Positions 1 to 9,400 of a stretch of DNA of 32,000 nucleotides are shown here, piece by piece. Made by a program: the position numbers and the translations under genes. A model generated the notes under the pieces. The model was not told the DNA's origin. It ran no database searches and worked only from the letters and a program-made list of their open reading frames with translations. Every line of letters starts with the position of its first letter. The stretch's first letter is position 1. Location of the stretch: NCBI RefSeq assembly GCF_018336915.1, contig NZ_CP064924.1, positions 180,001-212,000 of the forward strand. Direction: 5' to 3'. Source of the stretch: Acaryochloris marina S15. Lineage in GTDB: Bacteria > Cyanobacteriota > Cyanobacteriia > Thermosynechococcales > Thermosynechococcaceae.

Positions 1-710
1 CCTGTCTCGTCAAAATGCCCTATTGCTGCTTGCTCAATACCGTCTTTGATCTGTACCTCAATCGGTTCTAATTTCTGAGCACAGGTTGTACGGGCATTGC
101 AGAGGGTTCCTTCAGAAACCTGGCAACCAAAAACTTCTTTCAACAGGTCACTCGTTCGCTCAAACGGCAACAGTTGAGCGTCCAGCAAGTACACCATCAA
201 GCCTTTAAGGCTACTGCCATACTGAACCACATTGGTGACATCTGCAGGGAATACACCCCGGCTCAAGGTTTGGCAGTGCTCACAATACTTGACTTCTGCT
301 TGATGCTCAATCACCTGTAGTGACAAGGGGGGTAACTCATGAACCTGGCTAAGGTCATATTGTTGTGGTGCTACTTCTGTTAAAGAGGCACCACATTCTT
401 GACACTGAGTCACCGGATGTAAAACTACGGCATCGACGGTCTCACGCCACTCCAATGTGCTACCAGGATGACCTTTTTGCCCACCACTTTTGCGTTTACT
501 CTTACCCCGTAGACTTTTTGTCCGCTTCCCAAAGCCATCGCCTGAGGGTGGTTTACTACTGTTACGACTATCCTTGTCAAGACGTTCTTCTAGTCGCTCT
601 ATCCGCTCGATAAGACGGGTGACTAGCTCAACAACCGCATCCTCACCTTGATGGTAGATTGCTCGAATATCAGATTCACTAATTTTTTGATCAGAGACTT
701 TCTTGTTCAA
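1..710 (-). CDS. IS66-family transposase (TnpC-like), N-terminal ~236 codons; 3' end lies beyond the window edge
   Basis: It is absent from the ORF track because it runs off the window. My minus-strand translation from TTG 710 reads LNKKVSDQKISESDIRAIYHQGEDAVVELVTRLIERIERLEERLDKDSRNSSKPPSGDGFGKRTKSLRGKSKRKSGGQKGHPGSTLEW..CQECGASL..GHFDETG. The NSSKPPSxDG box, the basic GKxxRKxGGQxGHPG box and the CxxC region are typical of IS66 TnpC. An in-frame ATG (749-747) is followed by TAA at codon 3 (743-741), so the native start may be lost. No tnpA or tnpB ORF lies upstream. Confidence 0.85.
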   Translation of the reverse strand, partial: MNKKVSDQKISESDIRAIYHQGEDAVVELVTRLIERIERLEERLDKDSRNSSKPPSGDGFGKRTKSLRGKSKRKSGGQKGHPGSTLEWRETVDAVVLHPVTQCQECGASLTEVAPQQYDLSQVHELPPLSLQVIEHQAEVKYCEHCQTLSRGVFPADVTNVVQYGSSLKGLMVYLLDAQLLPFERTSDLLKEVFGCQVSEGTLCNARTTCAQKLEPIEVQIKDGIEQAAIGHFDET

Positions 711-901
711 CGGAAGATCACGGATTGATTGCTGTTGTGCTTAAAACATAGATCCAGAGAGAGTTATAACTTCATTCTCAACACAATGATTTAAGCCTGG
801 GCAGTAACGCATTTGTCTAATTTTCTTAAGAAATTAAAAGATTCCAACTCTATTGCCAGCATTTTGGTGTATTCCTCTACCCATGATGTTTCCAAGGTTC
901 A

Positions 902-958
902 ATGATGGCTACTAAGCATGACAGTCTTCATTATTACCTCAAAGAGATGGGCCGTTAC
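902..958 (+). pseudogene. Severed 5' end (19 codons) of the sigma-70 family gene that continues at 3842
   Basis: ATG 902 encodes MMATKHDSLHYYLKEMGRY and then runs into the IS4-like terminus at 959. Joining 958 to 3842 restores [18 protein letters not shown], the usual sigma-70 region 1.2/2 entry. Confidence 0.65.
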
Positions 959-976
959 CTACGGTGTACACATAAG

Positions 977-1577
977 TCATTCCTGAGCTAGTTTCCAGCC
1001 AGAGAACATCACCTCAAACCTTTTCAGGCCATGCGTTAGAGTTGCTGTACCTGGAGGTCTTTGGGATTGATACCCGGACCATCCGCCCAGACGAGCAATA
1101 ATCCAAGTTGTCCAAGCCAAGGATTTCATCGGATAGGGATTTTTTAGCTTTTTAGTTTTGCCTTGAACAGTGGGGAAAATTTTTTGCAAGCACTCCTGCT
1201 GTACATCGGTGAAAGTGACAGATGCAGGCCACTTTGGGTTATCTCTGCCTTCCACCATTTGCAAGGTTCGAACCGCAACCGATAAGGCTAAAACGGTAAG
1301 GCGCTGAATCGCTTCACCCGATTCGAGTTGCGTCGATTCGAGATCTAAGCCAATCTTTTTAAGCCCCGCGAAAATCCGTTCGATTTTCCACCTGAATTTG
1401 TACCATTCCAGTATTTGTAGTGCTTGCTCAAGGGATTGCACCGTGTGGGTGGTCAGTAAGCGCCAATGAATCGGTTCCTGTCCTTTGGGCGTTCTGTGTT
1501 CTATCGCTTCAATGGCATACAGCTGAATACTGGGTGGATAGTCCAACTCCTTTAAATGCTCAGGTTGCTGAATTTTG
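977..1577 (-). pseudogene. IS4-family transposase, C-terminal fragment
   Basis: The 189-aa ORF contains the YKFRWKIERIFAGLKK motif (Y-x2-R-x3-E-x6-K signature of IS4/Tn5 DDE transposases). It is in frame with the fragment at 2953-3768 once the IS256 copy is removed. Confidence 0.85.
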
Positions 1578-2952
1578 GTTAGTGTCTTGATTTATTCGCC
1601 ATGAGCTGGAATAGCTGAAATGCTCTGATAATAGAGAATTCGGAGCACTCCTTGATGAACATTTCCCAACGTGAGCAGCAGATTATCCGTATCCAGTCTC
1701 AAAGTTCATATGCCTCTATTAACAAAGCTTTAGAAGCAACCCTGCGCCTTGAGGCTAACCGAGTTACCCAGATAGCAGTAGAGTCAGCACTAGACGAAGA
1801 AGTCCAAGCTTATCTATCAGAGCTTCAAGGGACTCGCCCTCGACGTTCAGGCTATTATCAGCGGGTTCTTGATACCCAGTACGGCAGGATTGCTCAACTA
1901 TCTGTCCCGAAACTACGGAAAGGGAATGCAGACCGAGAGTGGAAGATTCTAGAGCGTTACCAACGAGCCCTCGGTAGCCTTCTAGAGTTTTGCCTGGGCT
2001 TGTATGTCATGGGTTTATCGCTTCGAGACTTGCAAGAAGCTCTCTATGAGATCCTGGGAGCAGTTTTATCCGTGAATGCCATTAACCGGATTACTCTCAA
2101 AGCTCAGAAGCAAATGCTCCAAAGTCGTCAAACTCGTCTTGAGAAAACCCCTTTTATTCTGATTGTTGATGGAGTGTGGGCGAGTGTTCAATGCGCCTCC
2201 GAAGACTTTTGGGAAGACCAAGCTGGACATATCCGGAAGCTACGTCGTGCGGAAGACCGAGTCATCTTAGTGGCCATGGCGATATGGCCAGATGGGACAC
2301 AAACCGTTCTTCATTACGAAATGGCTGTCCAAGAATCTGAGGCAGCCTGGCTACTGTTCTTTGAGCACCTGCGGCACCGAGGATTGCAAACCCATTTGGT
2401 GAAGCTGATTGTCAGTGATGGCACCACTGGACTACCTAAGGTAATTCGCGCTCTGTTTCCCCTCGCACAACATCAACGATGCATTACCCACAAGGTTCGA
2501 GCGATGCTCCGGCATTTGGGCTATGAGCAATTGCCACACCTGGATGCTCAAGGACAAGAACTCTCCCACTCTGAAGCAAAGAAGCTGCGATATTCACAAA
2601 TTAAACACGATGCCTATGCTATCTATAAAGCGCCAGACTGGGAAGAAGCGATTGTGACGTTGCTCGTGTTTGCACAGAAATGGACAGACCTTGAACCCGA
2701 TGCTGTTAGAACCTTCATCAAAGATTTTGCCCTGACCTTGAGTTTCTATGATTTTGATGAATCCCTTCATTCGCTGATTCGTACTTCCAATGCGCTAGAA
2801 AGGCTGTTCCGGAAATTCCGAACCAAGGCTGACGAAATTGGTGCTTTCCCAAATGAGGAGAGCTGTTTAGCGATTTTCTTTCTCGTCTCTCGTAGGGATC
2901 ATGCCAAGCATGATCGCCTCAAAAACCGTGGCGAATAAATAGGGACACTAAC
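1578..2952 (+). mobile_element. IS256-family insertion sequence (1375 bp)
   Basis: Inverted repeats GTTAGTGTC(TTG/CCT)ATTTATTCGCCA match at 21 of 24 positions (1578-1601 versus the reverse complement of 2929-2952). The 8-bp direct repeat GAATTTTG lies at 1570-1577 and 2953-2960. A single mutator-type transposase ORF fills the element. Confidence 0.85.
1655..2938 (+). CDS. IS256-family (mutator-type) transposase
   Basis: This 427-aa ORF has the layout typical of IS256 transposases: ..LIVDGVW.., ..LIVSDGTTGLPKVIRALFPLAQHQRCITHKVRAM.., ..IRTSNALERLFRKFR... ATG 1655 follows TTG 1652. Confidence 0.9.
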   Translation: MNISQREQQIIRIQSQSSYASINKALEATLRLEANRVTQIAVESALDEEVQAYLSELQGTRPRRSGYYQRVLDTQYGRIAQLSVPKLRKGNADREWKILERYQRALGSLLEFCLGLYVMGLSLRDLQEALYEILGAVLSVNAINRITLKAQKQMLQSRQTRLEKTPFILIVDGVWASVQCASEDFWEDQAGHIRKLRRAEDRVILVAMAIWPDGTQTVLHYEMAVQESEAAWLLFFEHLRHRGLQTHLVKLIVSDGTTGLPKVIRALFPLAQHQRCITHKVRAMLRHLGYEQLPHLDAQGQELSHSEAKKLRYSQIKHDAYAIYKAPDWEEAIVTLLVFAQKWTDLEPDAVRTFIKDFALTLSFYDFDESLHSLIRTSNALERLFRKFRTKADEIGAFPNEESCLAIFFLVSRRDHAKHDRLKNRGE

Positions 2953-3768
2953 GAATTTTGACTGGAGTGCAACGGATGAGTAGCTTTGCATCCCTAGCCA
3001 TCCGCTGAGTACGAGATTCGTACTCAACTGTAATCTTGGTATACCCTATTGCCCGCTGTGCTTTGAGATACCCATAGAGCGACTTGGATTGACCCAGCAG
3101 ACGACGGTCTTGACGAACCCTGATTAAGAGGTGATTGAACGCATCTGGCACCGTTGCCCATTCCTCATACAAATCAGATTCTCGGTCACCAATATGAGTG
3201 ACCAGGCTAGCCCCTCCCATCTTCAGGCAGTGTTGACTCCGTTCAGCAGATGCTAGCCATTTGAATGATTCTTTCTCTTCAATCGGGAGATTGTTATACC
3301 CACCTCTATCTTTGACCGTTGGACGATTCGGGTCACGAGTCCATAGTTGAACAGTGCTCAATCCTAGCGGGAAACCAGTAGCTGCATCTAAGGCTAGGGT
3401 GGGGTGAATAAAAAAGCCCACATCACGATCATTACCGACGACACCCAATTCTTCTGTTTTGATGCGTCCAGAATGAGACTGCAAGTTGATCTCACTAGTG
3501 TCACTGATCGCTAAAATATGTCGCTCTTCTACCTGTTGCTGGCAGTGGTCACTGAGGCTTTTGACCAACTCAGATATAGACACATTCTCATTCTCTAAGA
3601 AGCGGTAGTAGCCCACTTGCTCTGCGCGACCTTGGCTGATTTGACGGATGCTGACACTCTGATGGTGATTAATGGCATCGAATAATGAAGCCCCCTTTTG
3701 AGCAAACGAAGGTCTCCAAAAGTAGTTCCATCAATCAGTTCTTCGTGCACCAGAATAGGATTTTCCAT
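2953..3768 (-). pseudogene. IS4-family transposase, N-terminal fragment with an additional frameshift
   Basis: The 222-aa ORF carries DDE residues in AISDTSE and THIGDRESD contexts, like Tn5 Tnp. Upstream, [26 protein letters not shown] (ATG 3768) is in another frame. The shift falls in the C5 run at 3691-3695; one extra base would give ..[29 protein letters not shown]... Confidence 0.8.
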
Positions 3769-3772
3769 ATCT

Positions 3773-4612
3773 ATGAGGATGCTCTATACGGCTCTCTTAC
3801 AGTCTAATTCAGACTTGTGTGTACACCGTAGGGGCCGTTACCCACTCCTATCCCATGAAGAAGAAATCGAACTTGCCAGACAAGCCAAAGCGGGGAACCT
3901 CAGAGCCAAGCAACGGATGATCGAATGCAACCTACGCTTGGTTGTCTCTATTGCCAAAAAACATCAGAATCGAGGTTTACCCCTGATGGACTTGATCCAA
4001 GAAGGCAGCATTGGATTGAGTAGAGCAGTAGAAAAATTTGACCTGGCTCAGGGCTGTCGCTTCAGTACCTATGCTTATTGGTGGATTTTGCAAGGGGTTA
4101 CCCGCGCGATCAAACTTAAGTCTCGCCCCATCCACTTACCTGAACGTCACTGGAATGTTGCCAACAAGATTAGAAAACACCACCAGAAACTAACCCAACA
4201 GCTCGGACGTGAACCTACACTTGCTGAATTATCAAAGACGATGGACCTCAAGCCAGAGGTGATAAGGCAAACGCTACAACTGTTCCAAAAAGTAGCGTCT
4301 CTCGATAAGCTCGTGGGGGAACAACAAAAAGATTCACTCATTGACTTAATCCAAGAAAAAAATGGTCCAGCACCCTACATAGAGTCACTACAGATGAATG
4401 ATGAACTCTCTCGATTAATGGTGCATCTAGATAAACGCGAGCAGTTTATTGTCAGCCAGCGGTACGGACTAGAAGACGGTGAACCTAAGACAATGAATGA
4501 GATTGGTCAACAGCTTGGCGTCAGCCGGGAACGGGTTCGACAAATCATCAACAAAGCCATGAAAAAATTACAGAAAAATAGTGACCAAGCTACAAAGGCC
4601 AAAACTGCCTAG
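3773..4612 (+). CDS. RNA polymerase sigma factor, sigma-70 (RpoD/SigA) family; native 5' end replaced by IS-derived codons
   Basis: Region 2 reads [60 protein letters not shown]. Region 3 reads RPIHLPERH. Region 4 reads [26 protein letters not shown]. The first ~20 codons (ATG 3773 to 3831) lie inside the IS4 terminus, so the start is uncertain and the gene may be inactive. Confidence 0.8.
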   Translation: MRMLYTALLQSNSDLCVHRRGRYPLLSHEEEIELARQAKAGNLRAKQRMIECNLRLVVSIAKKHQNRGLPLMDLIQEGSIGLSRAVEKFDLAQGCRFSTYAYWWILQGVTRAIKLKSRPIHLPERHWNVANKIRKHHQKLTQQLGREPTLAELSKTMDLKPEVIRQTLQLFQKVASLDKLVGEQQKDSLIDLIQEKNGPAPYIESLQMNDELSRLMVHLDKREQFIVSQRYGLEDGEPKTMNEIGQQLGVSRERVRQIINKAMKKLQKNSDQATKAKTA

Positions 4613-4784
4613 TCCTCGCCAAGAACAAGGGCAGCAAAAAACCCCCCATAGCACAGCACAGCCAGGGGGTATAAAGTTAAGAAGTTCCACATCATAGAGA
4701 AAAGGGACTCTGAGGAAATCCCCACTAAGAACATATCAATCAAATCTGGGGATATTCGGGGGGATGGAAACCGACGATGAAACC

Positions 4785-5411
4785 TCAAAACTTCGCAAGG
4801 CTGATCTGTGCCCCGTCCAGGTTCACCCCTCGCCAACTCCTGACTCTGAATATTGTGCGATTGAGGATTGCACCTCTGAAATCACCACCCCTGACCGAGG
4901 CAGACCTGAAATCCGCATCCGTCAGATCCGCCCCTGAAAAACTGGTGGACTCCAGATTACAACCCACAAAGACGGCATTCTTGAGTGTTGCCCCCTTGAA
5001 GCTGGAGCCTTTGAGGTTCGACTCCCAAAAGTCGATGCCCGTTAGATCCAGCCCAGCAAAATTGCCACCCTCAATTTCTAGGAGAGGGAAATACCGCTCC
5101 CCTGCCTGATACCGCTCAATGATCTTCTTTGCTTTGCTCTCAACGGTATCGTCAAGCCAGTAGGGACCATAATGCTCATCTAGCCACGGCATCCCAGTCC
5201 CATGATTGGACTGCTGCAACAGGTATTTACTGAGTCCTCGCTGACTAAATCGCCACTGACCATCAATACAGGCACCAGGGCAATTACCTTGCAGGGTGGA
5301 ATTCATCAAGCTGTCTTCGGTCACACCCAGGAATTCTGCGGCCTCGTGGGGGAGCAATGCCTTGTCTATCTGTGGGGGCTGGTGGGTGTTGGGGCTGGGG
5401 CTAGTTTGCAT
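4785..5411 (-). CDS. Excisionase/MerR-like HTH domain fused to a pentapeptide-repeat domain
   Basis: The N-terminal LLPHEAAEFLGVTEDSL....WRFSQRGLSKYL resembles an HTH_17/excisionase-type motif. The C-terminal ~90 aa are A(D/N)LXX-type pentapeptide repeats (GADLTDADFRSASVRGGDFRGAILNRTIF..). The gene overlaps the upstream gene by 11 nt. Confidence 0.75.
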   Translation of the reverse strand: MQTSPSPNTHQPPQIDKALLPHEAAEFLGVTEDSLMNSTLQGNCPGACIDGQWRFSQRGLSKYLLQQSNHGTGMPWLDEHYGPYWLDDTVESKAKKIIERYQAGERYFPLLEIEGGNFAGLDLTGIDFWESNLKGSSFKGATLKNAVFVGCNLESTSFSGADLTDADFRSASVRGGDFRGAILNRTIFRVRSWRGVNLDGAQISLAKF

Positions 5412-8076
5412 GGCTTACTCCTTCTTTAGCATCTTGGCCCTGGCAGTAAAGGGGACCGCTTATCTCCAAATCGGGAATATCTTCAGCGCTCAAGTCCGTG
5501 AGTTCCCAGCTAGCCCGATCATCAGGATTAACTTCGTAAGACATGGAAGGCTTGCGGTATACAATCACCGCATCTTTACGAAGGCAAGCCTGACCACCAT
5601 CCCCATAGAAGAGTCGGAACAGACTGGGATATTTCTCGTTAGTTTGAAGCGCAAAACAGGAGCGGCCAAACTCTTCAGCCTCTGATTGGCTATTGAACAA
5701 ATTAAACGGCACCTCAATGATGTACTCACCACAATCCCATCCAGTGACTGACTCGTGCTGAGAATTCCAAAGGTATTGGGGCAGTCTATCAACGTTGAGA
5801 CTGCCGTCCATAATTGCCATCAACTCGGGATAAAATCCCCATCGAAACCGTGACACATTCAGCCACAGATCCCAGCTCTTATTGGTTGGATGAATATCGT
5901 CCTGTGTCCAGTTCCAAAGATCGTACAAATCAATCTCTATCGCTGAGGGATTATATTCACAAATTTCATAGCCAAAAAACTTGACCAATAGATGACAGAC
6001 AGATTCTTGACTGGGTTCGATATCTGAGAGGTTTTGGTTCTCGTCGAATGCCTCATAACCTTCTGACAGGATGTAATAGGCGTCGAGTCTCGCTTGAGCA
6101 AGTGTTCTTGTTGTTTTGACACAGGTCATCTCGCTTTTAAGGTAGCTGGCCTCATGGGTTATCCAGAAAGTATTCTGAGTGGTTTGGCTAATAGGAACAG
6201 AAGGCGTTGCAGTTCCTTGAGTGTCGTCTAACTCTTGGAGCCGTTCAGTGATATTTTCTGGCTGCTCTGAGAGAACCCCCCCTGATATCGCAGTCATCAT
6301 CGCAATATCATGCTGGATGTTGTCATAAGACTTGGCATATAGATCCCTGGAAAGCTGATTGACTCTATCTTTTAACTCTGGAATTGAATCAGTAGCCTTA
6401 ACCTGTTCAAGTTGATCGGCGTAATCATTTCTCTCGTTGGCGGGAAGCTTGTTAATATGCTGTTCCATCACACCAACAAAGTCTAATAACTCTTTCTTCT
6501 GATCCTCATCCTGTCGGTTATTTGACTCAATAAGCCGATCACGAAATTCCAACTCATCTATGTCAGGAGAATCATCAAAATATTCATCTACTGAAACTTG
6601 GTCGTGGTCAATCTGGACGGATGACAGGGACAGTCGTGATTGAGGTCTACCCTGAAAAGCTGCTAAAACCTCTTCCCGGCAATAATTAGTGGTCTTCCGA
6701 GTGCCGTGGTAAGGTAAATCGCCCCTGGTACACATTAGCGACAAGCACCACTCAATACGTTCTTCAGGAAAGCCAGTAATACGCCTTTCCTCACGAGTGA
6801 CAATGAGAATATTCCCCGGCAAGGCTTCAAAGGTTTTCGGATCCAAGCAATAAGGCTCTAGACCTCTTGTACGGGCCTCGGCGTCCATCAATATTTCAAC
6901 CTCTAAACCTGACATTGAAATGCGATCAGTCAAATACTCGATAGTCGTTTTATGACCCCGAACACCCACCAGCAATTGAAAATCCTCCAAGTCGAGGGGC
7001 TGTTGTGAGTGCAGCTCTTCCCACCCCTCGGCTGATAGATACAAATATCGCTGCACTTCACCCGACTCGTTTACAGGAGCGACTTCTAGACTGACTTCCT
7101 GTTCAATTCCTTTCTCACGAATCTTCCAACCTTGTGAGATACGCTCAGCTTCAGACCGCACCTCGCCTGATACCAGGGATGCACAGACATCCCAATCAGC
7201 ACCCGGCAGGCAAGACCATTCCCAATTATCCATCAAATCCAACTGGGCATCAAAACCACTGGCAAGGCCAGACAACGGGATGCAATTAAAATATCGGCAA
7301 AGCAGATAGATGATATCCAAGCTGCTAAATGATTCAAAATACTCATAATCCCAAAAGCACATCTGCAAACCCTTGACGACATTCCACAGATGCGGGATAT
7401 CCATCGTGGTCTCAATGCCATTGAGCTGAAAAAATGGCTCACCACCAAAGATAAGAATGCGAGATGGAGACTTGGCCTCGACCTCCAGGCAGCACGGCAA
7501 CTGAGTATGGTCGAGGTGGGAAAGAGAGACCCTCAGAACTTCATGAGGTCTGAAGACTTCGGTGAGAAAACCAGACTCGCGTAAATGATCAAGTCTTTCG
7601 ACCCTCTCTAGGATTTGCTTGGATGGCTCTACCAGGAGTGGGTGGATTGCCTTGGAGCTGGATTGCTTGGGCTTCTCCTTACCGAAGAATGAAGAAAATA
7701 TCTCTAGTGTCAATGCCCGCATCTCAAAGGGAGCGGTGTAGTGTACGGTCTTAGCCTCTGGGTTAGGGTTGGAGTGGTCAAACAGGTCTTGAGCTTCGAC
7801 AAATTCAGCAACTTGAGTGTGATGAACATAGAGCCTTGCGCCACTCAAGATGATACTGGTCTGGTAAAAGCCTTGAGACAATAGCTCAGGCTCACTCATC
7901 CCTTCAGGGAGCGGCCACAGCTCTACCTCAAGTGGATGACGCCAGTGTTGGGTGACGCACAAGAAGCCCGTATAAGGGAAGGATGGATCTAACTCGATTT
8001 CATTCAAGTCAACATCAAAGATGATCGGCCTGTCAGTATTGAAGGGTATCGGTTGTAGGACGGTTGCAGTAGTCAT
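5401..8076 (-). CDS. Hypothetical acidic protein, 891 aa, no motif recognised
   Basis: This is a long uninterrupted ORF. ATG 8076 lies 7 nt after GAGGTG; the track start at GTG 8085 falls inside that Shine-Dalgarno sequence. I found no Walker A, nuclease or other catalytic signature. Confidence 0.7.
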   Translation of the reverse strand: MTTATVLQPIPFNTDRPIIFDVDLNEIELDPSFPYTGFLCVTQHWRHPLEVELWPLPEGMSEPELLSQGFYQTSIILSGARLYVHHTQVAEFVEAQDLFDHSNPNPEAKTVHYTAPFEMRALTLEIFSSFFGKEKPKQSSSKAIHPLLVEPSKQILERVERLDHLRESGFLTEVFRPHEVLRVSLSHLDHTQLPCCLEVEAKSPSRILIFGGEPFFQLNGIETTMDIPHLWNVVKGLQMCFWDYEYFESFSSLDIIYLLCRYFNCIPLSGLASGFDAQLDLMDNWEWSCLPGADWDVCASLVSGEVRSEAERISQGWKIREKGIEQEVSLEVAPVNESGEVQRYLYLSAEGWEELHSQQPLDLEDFQLLVGVRGHKTTIEYLTDRISMSGLEVEILMDAEARTRGLEPYCLDPKTFEALPGNILIVTREERRITGFPEERIEWCLSLMCTRGDLPYHGTRKTTNYCREEVLAAFQGRPQSRLSLSSVQIDHDQVSVDEYFDDSPDIDELEFRDRLIESNNRQDEDQKKELLDFVGVMEQHINKLPANERNDYADQLEQVKATDSIPELKDRVNQLSRDLYAKSYDNIQHDIAMMTAISGGVLSEQPENITERLQELDDTQGTATPSVPISQTTQNTFWITHEASYLKSEMTCVKTTRTLAQARLDAYYILSEGYEAFDENQNLSDIEPSQESVCHLLVKFFGYEICEYNPSAIEIDLYDLWNWTQDDIHPTNKSWDLWLNVSRFRWGFYPELMAIMDGSLNVDRLPQYLWNSQHESVTGWDCGEYIIEVPFNLFNSQSEAEEFGRSCFALQTNEKYPSLFRLFYGDGGQACLRKDAVIVYRKPSMSYEVNPDDRASWELTDLSAEDIPDLEISGPLYCQGQDAKEGVSHAN

Positions 8077-8104
8077 GGGATTCACCTCATTAGGTGGGAG
8101 TTTT
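8075..8104 (-). promoter_or_regulatory. Conserved leader / RBS palindrome, copy 1
   Basis: The 22 nt ATGGGATTCACCTCATTAGGTG are identical to 10180-10201, and 28 of 30 nt match over the full span. The leader contains the near-palindrome CACCTCATTAGGTG, which includes the Shine-Dalgarno sequence. Confidence 0.45.
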
Positions 8105-8209
8105 AGTACAGGTAATGGGTATGAAGTAGAAAATCTAGTTAGGCATTACGAATTCTGTGCAGGATTTGAAGTGCCTAGGCAATACAAATTCCAGAGAGAA
8201 AATAAAAAA

Positions 8210-9400
8210 TTAAACAGCGGGATTCAGCTCAAGCTCAGTATCTTCCTGTGTCTTGTCTTCAATAGATTCAGCTAAGCGAGTGAAGTACGCCCGATCCTCA
8301 GCAGTGGTGCGGTCAAAGAAGTAATTGTGTCCAACACCCCGGATGTCCTGATGGTCAAAAAGGCAGAGGTTTCGATAAATGTGATTAACATAATCACCCT
8401 CAGCGCTCCGAGCAACATTGATTTCATGCTCACCCCTCATAAAGAGGTATGTACCATCGTCATACAGGGTGCCACCCTCGGCATCAGCCATCGGACTTCC
8501 AAAGGCAGCAATGATTTGTGCTAACTGGTCGAAGATGGGTTCCTCGACTCTCTGCTTGGATTGGGTTACTGGATCGGGAGCAGTAGATTGGCGTTTAGCA
8601 AGGGATTGAGGACTCTGGGAGTACATACCCCGATCAGTCCTACGACGCTGGATATCTTGAAAACCATCAAATAGATGACGTGCAACCTGGCAGGAATAAT
8701 CTTCAATCCCTCGCTGCTCTTCTTCGGGTGTTTCAAACCCCTCCTTCTGTGGCTTGATGCAGCGCTCACAATCACCAGGGAATTCAGAAGCTTCAAACCG
8801 TGCCCAGACATACTTACCCTCAAAGCTCCTAGGTTCTCGCCCGTGGACAATCTCCAGGTAGCCACTCCGATCCGTGACATAGAAGCTAAGGAGTTCGTGA
8901 TAGTCCTCAATTGCTAGCTGGCATCGCTGCAAAACATATTGGTAGAAGTCTTCAAGCGTCGGTGCTGGTGGCAGTGGCTGAGAATGTTCAGCGATTGCCA
9001 TCCAGTACTCGCTATACTCCAGATCCTGACCCTCAAGTGCTTCAATGAATTGCAGGGCATGAGAAATATGCTCATGTTGGAAAACATTTGAGCCACAATG
9101 GATCGTGCCAATTTCTCCTAGCCGTAGCTCCACTCGAATTGCCAGTGAGCAATTGCCCAGCTTTCCCTGCTGCAAATAGACCGGGCGAATGCGGCGACAC
9201 CAGTATTCATCAGCCAAAAGCTCCATAATGACTGCATCACCTTCAGGGTCACGGTCGTCAGGGTGAGCAGATCGTTCATGTAGACTTTGGGCAACACTTT
9301 CAACTTCCTCGTCAGAATGGCAAGGCTTCAGGTCAAACCAGCGATTGGGGTCAATCCTAGTTTCTGGATCAATCGTAATCGTCCACGTTGATTTAGTCAT
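8210..9400 (-). CDS. Hypothetical acidic protein, 396 aa
   Basis: This is a long ORF. ATG 9400 overlaps the stop of the upstream 74-aa ORF (ATGA), which suggests translational coupling. No motif was recognised. Confidence 0.65.
   Translation of the reverse strand: MTKSTWTITIDPETRIDPNRWFDLKPCHSDEEVESVAQSLHERSAHPDDRDPEGDAVIMELLADEYWCRRIRPVYLQQGKLGNCSLAIRVELRLGEIGTIHCGSNVFQHEHISHALQFIEALEGQDLEYSEYWMAIAEHSQPLPPAPTLEDFYQYVLQRCQLAIEDYHELLSFYVTDRSGYLEIVHGREPRSFEGKYVWARFEASEFPGDCERCIKPQKEGFETPEEEQRGIEDYSCQVARHLFDGFQDIQRRRTDRGMYSQSPQSLAKRQSTAPDPVTQSKQRVEEPIFDQLAQIIAAFGSPMADAEGGTLYDDGTYLFMRGEHEINVARSAEGDYVNHIYRNLCLFDHQDIRGVGHNYFFDRTTAEDRAYFTRLAESIEDKTQEDTELELNPAV

Larger units (their letters stand above)
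959..3831 (-). mobile_element. IS4-family (IS50/Tn5-like) insertion sequence, itself interrupted by an IS256-family element
   Basis: Terminal inverted repeats CTACGGTGTACACAYAAGTC match at 19 of 20 positions (959-978 versus the reverse complement of 3812-3831). The inner part, ACACAAGT, resembles the Tn5 outside end as I recall it. The flanking direct repeat GGGCCGTTAC (949-958 and 3832-3841) is a 9-10 bp target-site duplication. Confidence 0.8.

Noticed and set aside
365-613. 82-aa plus-strand ORF
   Set aside because: It lies antisense to, and entirely inside, the clearly recognisable IS66-family transposase reading frame. Its composition is not protein-like.
3698-3772. TTG 3698 as the start of the sigma factor (track ORF 3698..4612)
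   Set aside because: These codons lie inside the IS4-like terminus, antisense to the IS4 transposase start. The native N-terminus is the severed piece at 902-958.
4615-4660. Hairpin ACCCCC..GGGGGT after the sigma gene as a terminator
   Set aside because: It has only a 6-bp stem with an ~18-nt loop and no following T-tract, which is too weak to call.
4777-5109. 110-aa plus-strand ORF rich in P, S, L and R
   Set aside because: It is a mirror-frame artefact of the pentapeptide-repeat coding region on the minus strand. Its periodicity comes from those repeats.
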